From Eubacteriales bacterium (GTDB lineage Bacteria; Bacillota; Clostridia; Oscillospirales; JAAYXM01), in the NCBI GenBank assembly GCA_045546975.1, contig JAZQDV010000010.1:405544-469543 (forward strand): a DNA stretch of 64,000 bases, read 5' to 3'. Under the pieces are notes generated by a model. The model made no database searches, had not been told where the DNA came from, and was given only the letters and a program-made list of their open reading frames with translations. Position numbers and translations under genes: made by a program. Shown here one piece after another: positions 48,677 to 58,119 of this stretch; within the stretch, counting starts at the first letter, position 1; each line of letters begins with the position of its first letter.

Positions 48677-49983
48677 TATTCTTCCCTCCCGTCTGTACCG
48701 AGCATTGCAGAAAGAAGCTTATCTCCGTCGTTTTCAACGGGTATAACCTCGACTGAAAGCTCACGCTCCACATCTGCAACAGTCGTATCATCCAAAAACA
48801 CAGGTTCACCGTGACGCAACATAACTGCGGGAATGAGAAGCCTTTTTGAGAGCGGTTTTCCACGAAGCTGTTCAATAAGGTCTTTACCCGTTACAAGTCC
48901 TGCCACATCAACAGTTTTTCCGAAAAATTCATTTTCAATTGCGTATACCTCGCAACCACTTATATTATCGCATTTTTCTTTCAATTCGTCAATGAGTTTT
49001 CTTATAAAAGGCGCGGCAGAAACACCCGTCGCGACAGTAAAGTCAATTAGCTTGTCAGGTAAATCGGTAAGGCGCAAAGCAGATAAAAACTCTTCTTTCA
49101 AAAGAGTCATTATTCCTACACCGTTATCAAGCTGAGGGTAGCTGTCATAATACTCGTCCTCCGGAAGTTCAAGCTCCGCCTTGATATAAAGCTCGTCCGC
49201 ACAGTAAACTATTCTTTCGTCGCGTTCACTCTTGCACTTTTCGCCAAAGGAATCCGCAATTTCAATGATTTCTCGCGCTTTTTTCCGGTCTATACTCTCA
49301 AGCGGATAGAGATTTTCTCTATACTTTGTAAGTCCTACCGGGACAAGTGCTATACTTTCTATACACTCTCCAAGAGATAACATATCGGAAATAGACCTTT
49401 TGAGGACATCACCGTCATTAAGACCCGGACACACAACTATCTGACAGTTTATATGTATCCCGGCTTCTGTCAAACGACGCATAATGTTCATACATTCGCC
49501 CGCGCGCTTATTTCTCACCATACGGACACGCACCTCAGGGTCCGTTGCGTGTACCGACACATTTATCGGGCTAATATGCATATTGATAATTCTTTCAATA
49601 TCGTCATCAGAGAGATTTGTAAGTGAGATATAATTACCAAGCAAAAAGGACATTCTTGCGTCGTCGTCCTTAACATAAAGAGTCTCCCGAAGTCCCTTTG
49701 GCATCTGATCGATAAAACAAAACACACAGTTGTTCGAGCAGCGCTTTGTTTTGTCCATAAGATATGTCTCAAAGACGAGTCCCAAGTCCTCGCCTTCGTC
49801 TTTCTTTATCTTTAATGTCTTTCTCTTAAGTTCTACCTTCAACCGCTTATCGTATGAATAGAACTTATAATCGAGAACATCACGAATCGGTTTTCCGTTG
49901 ATTGAAAGAAGCTCATCTCCCGGGAGAATTCCGGCCCTCTGTGCCGGGCTTCCGTTTTCAACCTTGGTTATATATGCACTCAT
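48676..49983 (-). CDS. PDZ + radical SAM + DUF512 protein
   Basis: N-terminal PDZ-like SPAQRAGILPGD, CSNNCVFC (CxxxCxxC), KDDDARMSFL and YPQLDNGVG. Confidence 0.9.
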   Translation of the reverse strand: MSAYITKVENGSPAQRAGILPGDELLSINGKPIRDVLDYKFYSYDKRLKVELKRKTLKIKKDEGEDLGLVFETYLMDKTKRCSNNCVFCFIDQMPKGLRETLYVKDDDARMSFLLGNYISLTNLSDDDIERIINMHISPINVSVHATDPEVRVRMVRNKRAGECMNIMRRLTEAGIHINCQIVVCPGLNDGDVLKRSISDMLSLGECIESIALVPVGLTKYRENLYPLESIDRKKAREIIEIADSFGEKCKSERDERIVYCADELYIKAELELPEDEYYDSYPQLDNGVGIMTLLKEEFLSALRLTDLPDKLIDFTVATGVSAAPFIRKLIDELKEKCDNISGCEVYAIENEFFGKTVDVAGLVTGKDLIEQLRGKPLSKRLLIPAVMLRHGEPVFLDDTTVADVERELSVEVIPVENDGDKLLSAMLGTDGREE

Positions 49984-50009
49984 ACCATTCTCCGATCATC
50001 TGTTGATAT

Positions 50010-50042
50010 AAAAATAGAGGAGGATTTTTATATCCACCTCTA
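50010..50042 (-). terminator. Terminator after rpmF
   Basis: TAGAGGTGGAT...ATCCTCCTCTA followed by TTTT on the minus strand (one mismatch in the stem). Confidence 0.65.
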
Positions 50043-50064
50043 CCTTAACCGATTTGAGCTAATA

Positions 50065-50256
50065 TTAGTTTGCAGCTTCTGCAGGTGCGATTACTTCGCG
50101 ACCGTTATATGTTCCGCACTTCTTGCAAGCTCTGTGTGAAAGCTTCACTGCACCGCACTTCGGACATGTTCCGATTCCCGGAAGTGAAAGCTTCCAGTGT
50201 GCATTGCGATTCATATCTCTCCTCGATTTTGAATGTTTTCTCTTTGGTACCGCCAT
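50065..50256 (-). CDS. rpmF: 50S ribosomal protein L32 (Zn-ribbon type)
   Basis: [14 protein letters not shown]...CPKC...[10 protein letters not shown]. Confidence 0.97.
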   Translation of the reverse strand: MAVPKRKHSKSRRDMNRNAHWKLSLPGIGTCPKCGAVKLSHRACKKCGTYNGREVIAPAEAAN

Positions 50257-50296
50257 GGGTGACACCTCCTTCGATATATGAACGATTATTTTTTAT

Positions 50297-50785
50297 TTAT
50301 TCATCAAGCAACTGTGATAAGATTTCAAGCCTTGGGTCAATCGACTTTTCTTCACAGCCACACGCTTGTTCATTAAGATTTGCACCGCAAATATAGCAAA
50401 GTCCCTTGCAGTCTTCGGTACAAAGGTTTTTGGTTTCAAAGCCTAATATAAACATTGAAATCGCAAGTTCCTCAATGTCAAGAACATCGTTTTCACAAAC
50501 AATAAAGTCGTCTTCCTCATCCTCATTATCAAGATGATCAACAACACAAGCAGAAAACGGCACTTTTGTGAGCCTTTTGAACTCCTTTGCACATCTGTCG
50601 CAAACAAGATTTCTCTCAGCTTCCATCGTCATTGAAAGAAGAAGCACATCTGCCTGGTTTGTGATTTCACCGGAAACTCTCAACGGCTCATTTACAGTAG
50701 GCTCAACCTCAGAAATATCCGAAACGAACTCAAACGGCAATGACCTTGTGCTTCCGTCGCGAAGTTGCTTAATGTTAATACGCAT
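50297..50785 (-). CDS. yceD: YceD/DUF177 23S rRNA accumulation protein
   Basis: CDRC, LCTEDCKGLCYICGANLN and DPRL; upstream of rpmF; alternative start 50797. Confidence 0.92.
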   Translation of the reverse strand: MRINIKQLRDGSTRSLPFEFVSDISEVEPTVNEPLRVSGEITNQADVLLLSMTMEAERNLVCDRCAKEFKRLTKVPFSACVVDHLDNEDEEDDFIVCENDVLDIEELAISMFILGFETKNLCTEDCKGLCYICGANLNEQACGCEEKSIDPRLEILSQLLDE

Positions 50786-50874
50786 AATAGACTCCATAAC
50801 CGTGACTCTTTAATGTCACAAAATATATTATACTTGCAATAACCCGTTTTGTCAACCAAAAAATAATTAAAATA

Positions 50875-51735
50875 TTATATATTTACGTTGTTCTGCAGGG
50901 CTGTCGCCTTAAGCGTGTTCTTCATAAGCATCGTTATTGTCATAGGCCCAACTCCGCCGGGAACGGGAGTGATAAATGACGCTTTTTTTGATACCTCTGT
51001 AAAGTCAACATCTCCACAAAGCTTGCCCTCTGAATTTCTGTTTATTCCTACATCCATGACAACGCAGCCCTCGGACACCATATCTGCCTTTACAAAGGCT
51101 TCCCTGCCGACTGCCGCGACGATTATGTCAGACTGTCTCAAGATGTCTGCTATATTCTTCGTCTTTGAGTGGCAAATCGTTACTGTCGCGTTTTTGTGGA
51201 GAAGAAGCATTGACATCGGCTTACCAACAATATTGGAACGACCGATTATAGTTGCTCTTTTTCCTGCAACGTCAATTCCGTATTCCTCAAACAGAGCCAT
51301 TACGCCAGCAGGCGTGCACGGGAGAAAATCGAAATCACCCGTAACAATCTTTCCGACGTTCTGGACATGGAATGCGTCAACATCCTTTTCCGGGCTTATT
51401 GCCGCAATTATCTTATCCTCTGAAATTTGTTTCGGGAGCGGAAGCTGAACAAGGATTCCGTTGATATCTGCTTTGTTGTTAAGCTTATCTATAAGCTTTA
51501 GGAGTTCATCTTCCGTTGTTTCTTCGGGAAGTGCATACTCTTCACTATAAATACCACACTCGGCACATGCCTTTTTCTTGTTGTTTACGTATGTACGGCT
51601 TGCAGGGTTATCGCCCACTATTACAACAGCAAGACCCGCCTTTATGCCAAGGTCAGAAAGCTCTTTTACCTTGTCATATACCTCTTGTCTGATTTTTGCC
51701 GACGTTGCTTTTCCGTCAATGATTACTGCGCTCAT
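50875..51735 (-). CDS. folD: Methylenetetrahydrofolate dehydrogenase/cyclohydrolase
   Basis: GILVQLPLP, KDVDAFH, PCTP, GRSNIVGKP and TPVPGGVGPMT. Confidence 0.98.
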   Translation of the reverse strand: MSAVIIDGKATSAKIRQEVYDKVKELSDLGIKAGLAVVIVGDNPASRTYVNNKKKACAECGIYSEEYALPEETTEDELLKLIDKLNNKADINGILVQLPLPKQISEDKIIAAISPEKDVDAFHVQNVGKIVTGDFDFLPCTPAGVMALFEEYGIDVAGKRATIIGRSNIVGKPMSMLLLHKNATVTICHSKTKNIADILRQSDIIVAAVGREAFVKADMVSEGCVVMDVGINRNSEGKLCGDVDFTEVSKKASFITPVPGGVGPMTITMLMKNTLKATALQNNVNI

Positions 51736-52529
51736 TTTATTTCCTCCGATTTTAATTTTCTATATCTATAAATAAGTATTATAGCTGAAACGATTGCCGT
51801 AAGAACAGCAAGTACCTGGGAAACTCTTATCCCTGTTCCGAAAAGGTAGAGGCTATCGGTCCGAAGCCCTTCTATCCACATACGCCCAAGCCCGTACCAA
51901 AGAAGATATAGAAGGAAAATTTCGCCCTTGAATTTTCTCTTTTTTGAATAAAAGTGAAGTATAACAAAGCCGAGTGTATTCCAAAGCGATTCGTAGAGAA
52001 AAGTCGGGTGAACACACATTCCCGGAAATATCTCCATTCGCCACGGAAGAGACGTCTCGCTGCCATATGCCTCGACATTTACAAAATTCCCCCATCTGCC
52101 GACCGCCTGACCTATCAAAAGACCAAGAGCTCCGATATCGACAAATGAAATCAGTTTCTTTTTCTTCCACTTGCAATAAATAAACGCACCTATTACTGCA
52201 CCTATTACCGCGCCGTATATGGCTATACCGCCGTTCCAGATATAAAAGACCTCGATGAGATTGTCCTTATACTCCGCAAAATTAAATACAACGTAGTAGA
52301 TTCGCGCAAATATTATCGCAAAGGGTACCGCAAAGCAAAGCATTGTAATGATATCATCATCACTCACTTCAAACTCCCGGCTTCTTTTGAAACCGTACCA
52401 TGTCGCAAGGAGAAAGCCTGTCGCAATTATTATTGCATACCAATAAATCGGGCGACCGAAAAGCGAAAAGGCAACTCTGTTAAGCTCGAGGCTTAAACCA
52501 AGCCCCGGAAATGAAACCAAATTCATCAT
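51732..52529 (-). CDS. lgt: Prolipoprotein diacylglyceryl transferase
   Basis: IYWYA, GGIAIYG, GQAVGRWGNFVNVEAYG, HPTFLYES and EGLRTD. Confidence 0.96.
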   Translation of the reverse strand: MMNLVSFPGLGLSLELNRVAFSLFGRPIYWYAIIIATGFLLATWYGFKRSREFEVSDDDIITMLCFAVPFAIIFARIYYVVFNFAEYKDNLIEVFYIWNGGIAIYGAVIGAVIGAFIYCKWKKKKLISFVDIGALGLLIGQAVGRWGNFVNVEAYGSETSLPWRMEIFPGMCVHPTFLYESLWNTLGFVILHFYSKKRKFKGEIFLLYLLWYGLGRMWIEGLRTDSLYLFGTGIRVSQVLAVLTAIVSAIILIYRYRKLKSEEIK

Positions 52530-52537
52530 AACTTCAC

Positions 52538-53803
52538 CTACTTCCCCTTCACTATTGAAAGTGCAATATTTTCATCCCGAAAAAGCTTTCTTATAAACGA
52601 TGATACCTCAGAAGGTTCAATTTCATTTATTATATCAATACTGTCAAGATAATCATACCCCGCAAAAGCAGCTTCTATCTGCTCATTACAAAGAGTCTTT
52701 ACCTTATCAAGTGAACGAAGCTTCATACCGAGGTATGACTTTTTTATTCTTTCAAAATAAGCAGTATCTACATCCTTCGACATCTTTTCCGCGTACGCTT
52801 TCACTTCGGAGAGAACTGCATCCGGATCCCTGCTCTCACCTGAAATCATAAGTGCTGCATTTTCAGGAAAATACATAAACTCTGCGCCAAAATCACTCGT
52901 TATAATTCCGTCGCCGTAGAGCTTTGCATATAAGGGCGAGGACGGGCCTGCGAGGATATCGGCGGAAATATCTGCAAGAATTCTATTCCGCATTCCTTCC
53001 TCACCGCTCGTTTCAATGGCAGTTTTTATGCCTATTGCAAACTGAGGTATTGCTATTTCCGCAGTCTCTTCTATTCTGCTCTCGGCAACACCGGAAGGCT
53101 CATGAGCGTACTCTTTTTCAGGGATTTTTGCCTTGAATTTTGGAAGAATTGCCTCCGCTGTTTCAATTACCTTTTCCGGGTTTACATCTCCCCCTACGCA
53201 AAGCGTCATATTCGACGGGACATAGAAGGTATTATAGCACCCAAAAAGAACGTCGCGTGTTATCTGACTTATGCTCTCTACTGTTCCTATAATGGAGTTT
53301 CTTGCAGGATGAGCCTGATAAAGAGACCTCATAAGATTTTCGTACACACGCCAACCGGGGCGGTCATTTACCATACCGATTTCCTGACCGATAATACCCT
53401 GCTCTTTTCTAACATTTTCGTCTGTAAAATAAGGTGTCGTTACAAATCCAAGGAGTATTTCAAGATTTCGAACGAAGTTTTCCGTTCCGGAAAAATAGTA
53501 CGCAGTCATATTTTTTCCGGTAAACGCGTTTGGCGATGCACCGGTTTTCGCAAACGCCTGAAGCGCGTTCCCACCATCCGGCTGTTCAAACACCTTGTGT
53601 TCAAGAAAGTGCGCAACCCCCAGCGGAGATGTATAACTTTCTCCATCAACCCTGAAGGTTGTGTCTATTGCACCGTAATTCACCGCAAGAACAGCATACG
53701 CTCTCTTAAACCCTTTTTTCTGAAATATGCATATTTTAAGACCGTTTGCCAAAGTGTGCGAAATCATTTTCTGATTAAGCTTCGGGTAAGAGTTTTCCTG
53801 CAT
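52538..53803 (-). CDS. ymfH: M16B peptidase, catalytic subunit (YmfH-like)
   Basis: GVAHFLEHKVFE (HxxEH), NAFT and KEQGIIGQEI. Confidence 0.88.
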   Translation of the reverse strand: MQENSYPKLNQKMISHTLANGLKICIFQKKGFKRAYAVLAVNYGAIDTTFRVDGESYTSPLGVAHFLEHKVFEQPDGGNALQAFAKTGASPNAFTGKNMTAYYFSGTENFVRNLEILLGFVTTPYFTDENVRKEQGIIGQEIGMVNDRPGWRVYENLMRSLYQAHPARNSIIGTVESISQITRDVLFGCYNTFYVPSNMTLCVGGDVNPEKVIETAEAILPKFKAKIPEKEYAHEPSGVAESRIEETAEIAIPQFAIGIKTAIETSGEEGMRNRILADISADILAGPSSPLYAKLYGDGIITSDFGAEFMYFPENAALMISGESRDPDAVLSEVKAYAEKMSKDVDTAYFERIKKSYLGMKLRSLDKVKTLCNEQIEAAFAGYDYLDSIDIINEIEPSEVSSFIRKLFRDENIALSIVKGK

Positions 53804-55067
53804 TTTCTTTTTCCTCCAATCCCGTTAGGAGATATGTCACAGATGTCTCAAATCCCCTTGCAATATCCGAAAGATTTTCTCCGCAAAGTGCATCAATATA
53901 CTTTGCTATCTGTGTTGGAGTTCTTTCATCTCCAAGAAGTGTCGCACGCGTCCAGAACGCCTCCATCGAAAACAAAGAATCCTCGACAGTCAGAATATCG
54001 TCAATCATTCCCTTTTTTGCGTTTGCGATTTCCTCATCCGTAATGTTTGCAACAAGACAGTTATTAAACTCATCAAGCATTGCCCGTTCTGCTATCTCAG
54101 CGTTTTTAGGGTCAATGCCGCAGTAGAGAAACATCGACTTTTCAAACGAATCGTACATGGCACCCGTAAAATAGCAAAGTGACTTTTTTTCACGGACATT
54201 GGTAAAGAGCTTTGAGCTTGTCCCTCCACCCAGAACCGAAGCTAGAAGCTTTGATGCATAAACATCTGCATCAATGTTGTGCATGCCGATAAGAAGATTT
54301 GCCTGTACTATATCAAGTCTCTCCGTATGTCTTACATTCTCACAGTATACGGGCTTTTCCGAAACACTCCCGCATATCTTTGTGCGAGAGCAGAGCTTGA
54401 ACATAGCGCGTACTTCTTTTTCTATTTCTTCAAAGGAGTGACTGCCGCAGAAGAAAACTTCACATGGCGTACTTGAAATAAGCGACTTATAATGCTTGTA
54501 CAGATTGCGGGAGTCTATTTTCTCAGCAGATTCCTCATCCCCAAGCTCATCTAGAGCATACGCACTTCCGCTAAACATAATCTCTGTTGCCTTTTTATGT
54601 GCATAGGACAATTTGTTGTTTATCTCTGATTTGATTTCATCAATAAGGTTTGAACGCTCACCGTCGACATAGTCTTCAGAAAAGGCACCGTCGCAGAGCT
54701 TCGGTTCAAAAAGGATTTCACCAAGAAGCTTAAAGATACTGTGCAGAATGTTGTTTTCAGGGTCAACAAAATCACAAACGAAACCGCTTGTTTGAAGGTC
54801 TCCGTATTTTCTTGAAAGCGGCTCTATTCGCGCCCCAAACATATCATCAAGTACCGCAGCAAGTGCTTCCATATCGGGATGCTTCACCGTACCTCTTCTC
54901 AAAACACGCGGTATAAGGGTTGTAGCTGATGAGAGACTTATGTCGAGCTTCGTGAGAAACTGCACCGAAATTGCATTTGCCTCAAAAGCATCACTTTCTA
55001 TAACACGAAGCCTGATACCCGGCAAAATTTCCTTATATGTCATATTCATAAAGCTTTGATGCCTCAC
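53775..55067 (-). CDS. ymfF: M16B peptidase, non-catalytic subunit (YmfF-like); start uncertain
   Basis: LGGGTSSKLFTNVREKKSLCY, no HxxEH; paired with ymfH. Confidence 0.85.
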   Translation of the reverse strand: MRHQSFMNMTYKEILPGIRLRVIESDAFEANAISVQFLTKLDISLSSATTLIPRVLRRGTVKHPDMEALAAVLDDMFGARIEPLSRKYGDLQTSGFVCDFVDPENNILHSIFKLLGEILFEPKLCDGAFSEDYVDGERSNLIDEIKSEINNKLSYAHKKATEIMFSGSAYALDELGDEESAEKIDSRNLYKHYKSLISSTPCEVFFCGSHSFEEIEKEVRAMFKLCSRTKICGSVSEKPVYCENVRHTERLDIVQANLLIGMHNIDADVYASKLLASVLGGGTSSKLFTNVREKKSLCYFTGAMYDSFEKSMFLYCGIDPKNAEIAERAMLDEFNNCLVANITDEEIANAKKGMIDDILTVEDSLFSMEAFWTRATLLGDERTPTQIAKYIDALCGENLSDIARGFETSVTYLLTGLEEKENAGKLLPEA

Positions 55068-55160
55068 TTTCGAACATCCTTTTATTTTTTTCTATTATAC
55101 ACAATTTTACAATACATTACAACACACATATTAATTTTCTACTATATATTGATATTTCTC

Positions 55161-55189
55161 TTGACAACATAAACAGTTTGTGATAAAAT
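55161..55189 (+). promoter_or_regulatory. SigA promoter of the ylxM-ffh operon
   Basis: TTGACA-17 nt-TAAAAT with an extended -10 TG. Confidence 0.8.
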
Positions 55190-55232
55190 ACCATATTGTA
55201 AAGTTGTGTAGCTTTACAAAGGAGGTTTTGAA

Positions 55233-55598
55233 ATGCGTAATGTTTCTTTAGAACTCACACTTTTGTTTGATTTTTACGGCGATATACTTACCGAAAAGCA
55301 GCACGAAATCTTCGATCTTTACTATAACGAAGACCTTTCTCTTGCCGAGATTGCAGAGCACCTCGACATTACCCGTCAGGGCGTCCGCGACAGCATTGTC
55401 CGTTCGGAAGAGATTCTTCGCAACTTTGAATCAAAGCTCGGACTTGCTGAAAAATTCGGCAAGCTTTCCGAAGATGTAAAAATCATAGTTTCCTCCGCCG
55501 AGCGTATAAAGCTCATAAATAGCACAAACTACAGAAACAGTGAGCTTGATGCTTGTATCAACGACGTTATTGACCGCGCCAAAGCTCTTGATGTTTAA
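55233..55598 (+). CDS. ylxM: YlxM/UPF0122 HTH protein
   Basis: LFDFYGDILTEKQ, DLSLAEIAE and TRQGVRD; upstream of ffh. Confidence 0.95.
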   Translation: MRNVSLELTLLFDFYGDILTEKQHEIFDLYYNEDLSLAEIAEHLDITRQGVRDSIVRSEEILRNFESKLGLAEKFGKLSEDVKIIVSSAERIKLINSTNYRNSELDACINDVIDRAKALDV

Positions 55599-55615
55599 TA
55601 TAACGGAGGCTTAAA

Positions 55616-56974
55616 ATGGCTTTTGAAAGTCTTACCGACAAACTCTCCGCAGCGTTCAAGAAGCTGCGCTCAAAGGGTCGACTTACCGAACGCGATGTAA
55701 AAGACTCTATGCGAGAAATTAAACTCGCACTCCTCGAGGCTGATGTCAACTTCAAGGTCGTTCGCGACTTTATCGCAAAGGTCTCGGAACGCGCTGTCGG
55801 AACAGAAGTTCTTGAAGGACTCAACCCCGCACAACAAATTGTTAAAATAGTAAACGAAGAAATAACGGCACTTATCGGTGGCGAGGGTGAAAAGATCAAC
55901 ATTTCCCCCAAGTCTCCCACCGTCGTTATGTTTGTAGGTCTTCAGGGTGCAGGTAAAACAACAAACATTGCAAAGCTTGCTTCCCACCTCAAAAAAACAG
56001 CTTCAAAGCGGCCACTTCTTGTTGCCTGTGACATTTACAGACCCGCCGCAATAAAGCAGCTTGAGATTTTAGGCTCACAGCTTGAAATCCCGGTATTCAA
56101 GGCAGAAGGAAAATCCCCTGTCGAAATTGCAAAGCTTGCAAAATCTCACGCTGAAGCACACGGTAATGATATTGTATTTTTGGATACTGCAGGCCGTCTC
56201 CACATTGACGAAGAGCTTATGAACGAGCTCAAAGCAATAAAGGCCGAAGTTTCACCGACCGAGATTATGCTTATCATTGATGCAATGAGCGGTCAGGATG
56301 CAGTAAGCACGGCAACCGCTTTTAATGAAGCACTCGGCATTGACAGTGTTTTTCTCACAAAGCTCGACGGTGACGCCCGTGGCGGTGCCGCACTCTCAGT
56401 TCGTGCTGTTTGCGGAAAACCGATAAAATTTGTCGGCGTCGGTGAAAAACTCGATGCTATTGAACCCTTTCATCCTGAAAGAATCGCATCGCGAATCCTC
56501 GGCATGGGCGATGTTCTCTCACTTATCGAAAAAGCAGAGCAGGCTTTTGACCAAAAGAAAGCAGAGGAGCTTGAGCGTAAAATCCGCGAAAATTCGTTTA
56601 CTCTTTCCGACTTTCGTGAGCAGATGCAGCAGATGCAGAGCATGGGCTCGATGTCCGACCTCATCAAGATGATTCCCGGAATTGACCACAAAGCTCTTGC
56701 GGGTGCAAAGATAGACGAAAAAGCTCTTCCCCGTCTTGATGCTATTATTTCCTCAATGACACCGAAAGAACGTGATAACCCCGCAATTATCAACTTCAGT
56801 CGAAAGAAGCGAATTGCGTCAGGAAGCGGCGTTACGGTCGAGGAAGTAAACAAGCTTCTTAAACAGTTTGAAGCAACACGGAAGATGATGAAGCAGATGA
56901 CCGGAGGCAACTTTGCAAAGCAGTTATCAAGAAAGCAAAGACGTCACGGCGGCTCATTCCCTTTCCCGTTTTAA
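55616..56974 (+). CDS. ffh: Signal recognition particle protein
   Basis: ALLEADV, GLQGAGKTT, DTAGR, TKLDGDARGGAALS and a Met-rich M domain. Confidence 0.98.
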   Translation: MAFESLTDKLSAAFKKLRSKGRLTERDVKDSMREIKLALLEADVNFKVVRDFIAKVSERAVGTEVLEGLNPAQQIVKIVNEEITALIGGEGEKINISPKSPTVVMFVGLQGAGKTTNIAKLASHLKKTASKRPLLVACDIYRPAAIKQLEILGSQLEIPVFKAEGKSPVEIAKLAKSHAEAHGNDIVFLDTAGRLHIDEELMNELKAIKAEVSPTEIMLIIDAMSGQDAVSTATAFNEALGIDSVFLTKLDGDARGGAALSVRAVCGKPIKFVGVGEKLDAIEPFHPERIASRILGMGDVLSLIEKAEQAFDQKKAEELERKIRENSFTLSDFREQMQQMQSMGSMSDLIKMIPGIDHKALAGAKIDEKALPRLDAIISSMTPKERDNPAIINFSRKKRIASGSGVTVEEVNKLLKQFEATRKMMKQMTGGNFAKQLSRKQRRHGGSFPFPF

Positions 56975-57033
56975 TGTGTAAGCAAACAAATTAACATATA
57001 TTTGCTTTATAAAATCATGGAGGTGAAAAAATA

Positions 57034-57276
57034 ATGGTCAAGATCAGACTTCGCAGAATCGGTGCAAAGAAGGCTCCGTTCTACCGCGTTGTTGTCGCTG
57101 ATTCCAGATTCCCGCGTGACGGTCGTTTCATCGAGGAAATCGGAACATACAACCCGCTTACTGAACCGGCAGAAATCAACATCGATACTGACCGTGCTCT
57201 TGAGTGGATCAAGAACGGCGCACAGCCGACAGATACAGTTAAAACACTCTTAAAGCGCACAGGTGCTATCCAGTAA
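57034..57276 (+). CDS. rpsP: 30S ribosomal protein S16
   Basis: [41 protein letters not shown]. Confidence 0.99.
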   Translation: MVKIRLRRIGAKKAPFYRVVVADSRFPRDGRFIEEIGTYNPLTEPAEINIDTDRALEWIKNGAQPTDTVKTLLKRTGAIQ

Positions 57277-57312
57277 AATTGCCCCGGTATATCCGGAGAA
57301 AAGGTGACAAAA

Positions 57313-57543
57313 ATGAAAGACCTTTTGACTTACATTGCAAAAAGCCTTGTTGAAAACCCGGACTCCGTTTCAGTTACAGAAGTACAGAAAGAGGACGGTC
57401 TCGTCCTCGAGCTTCGTGTAGCACCCGAGGACATGGGAAAGGTTATCGGTAAGCACGGACGTATTGCAAAAGAAATCCGTACCGTGGTTAAGGCTGCGGC
57501 GCTTAAAGATAACATCAAGGTATCAGTTGACATTATTGACTGA
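57313..57543 (+). CDS. khpA: KH-domain RNA-binding protein KhpA
   Basis: EDMGKVIGKHGRIAKEIR (GxxG loop); between rpsP and rimM. Confidence 0.95.
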   Translation: MKDLLTYIAKSLVENPDSVSVTEVQKEDGLVLELRVAPEDMGKVIGKHGRIAKEIRTVVKAAALKDNIKVSVDIID

Positions 57544-57550
57544 TTGAATA

Positions 57551-57583
57551 TCGGGGCTGTCCAACTTTGACAGCCCCGAATTT
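57551..57583 (+). terminator. Hairpin (partial terminator or stabiliser) after khpA
   Basis: TCGGGGCTGTC-caacttt-GACAGCCCCGA followed by a weak ATTT tail. Confidence 0.6.
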
Positions 57584-57606
57584 ATACCCCCCAAGAGGTG
57601 TTTTTT

Positions 57607-58119
57607 ATGGAACTTATTGAAGCAGGAAAAATCGTCAATACGCACAGTGTCTACGGTGAACTCAAGATTCAACCCTGGAGTGATACCCTTGACTTTCTGT
57701 GTGATTTTGACTTGGTATATATAGATAGCAAACCCTTTGAAGTTGAGAAAGCAAGAGTGCATAAAACATGTGTTCTCTTAAAGCTTTCAGGTATCAACAA
57801 CATAGGTGATGCAGAAAAATATAAAAACAAGCTTGTTTACGTCGACCGTGAGGATGTCGAGCTTTCCGATGATACATATTTTATTCAGGACCTTGAAGGA
57901 CTTACTGTAATCGACCAGACCGGCACTGTTCTCGGAAAGATTTACGAAGTACTTACCCTTCCCTCAAACGATGTTTACGTAATTCGCGGCGAGGATGAAT
58001 ATATGATCCCCGCAGTCAAGGAATTCATCAAAGAAATCGACCTTGAAAGTAAAACTGTTTATGTTTCAACAATTCCCGGTATGAAGACAGAAAAAGGTGG
58101 CGAGTCTGATGCAAATTGA
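57607..58119 (+). CDS. rimM: Ribosome maturation factor RimM
   Basis: GKIVNTH..YGELK, YFIQDLEG, SNDVYV and IPAVKEFI. Confidence 0.95.
   Translation: MELIEAGKIVNTHSVYGELKIQPWSDTLDFLCDFDLVYIDSKPFEVEKARVHKTCVLLKLSGINNIGDAEKYKNKLVYVDREDVELSDDTYFIQDLEGLTVIDQTGTVLGKIYEVLTLPSNDVYVIRGEDEYMIPAVKEFIKEIDLESKTVYVSTIPGMKTEKGGESDAN

Noticed and set aside
53102-54043. 313-aa plus-strand ORF, the longest unexplained ORF
   Set aside because: Entirely antisense to ymfH/ymfF, no recognisable motif and an atypical composition; a shadow ORF.
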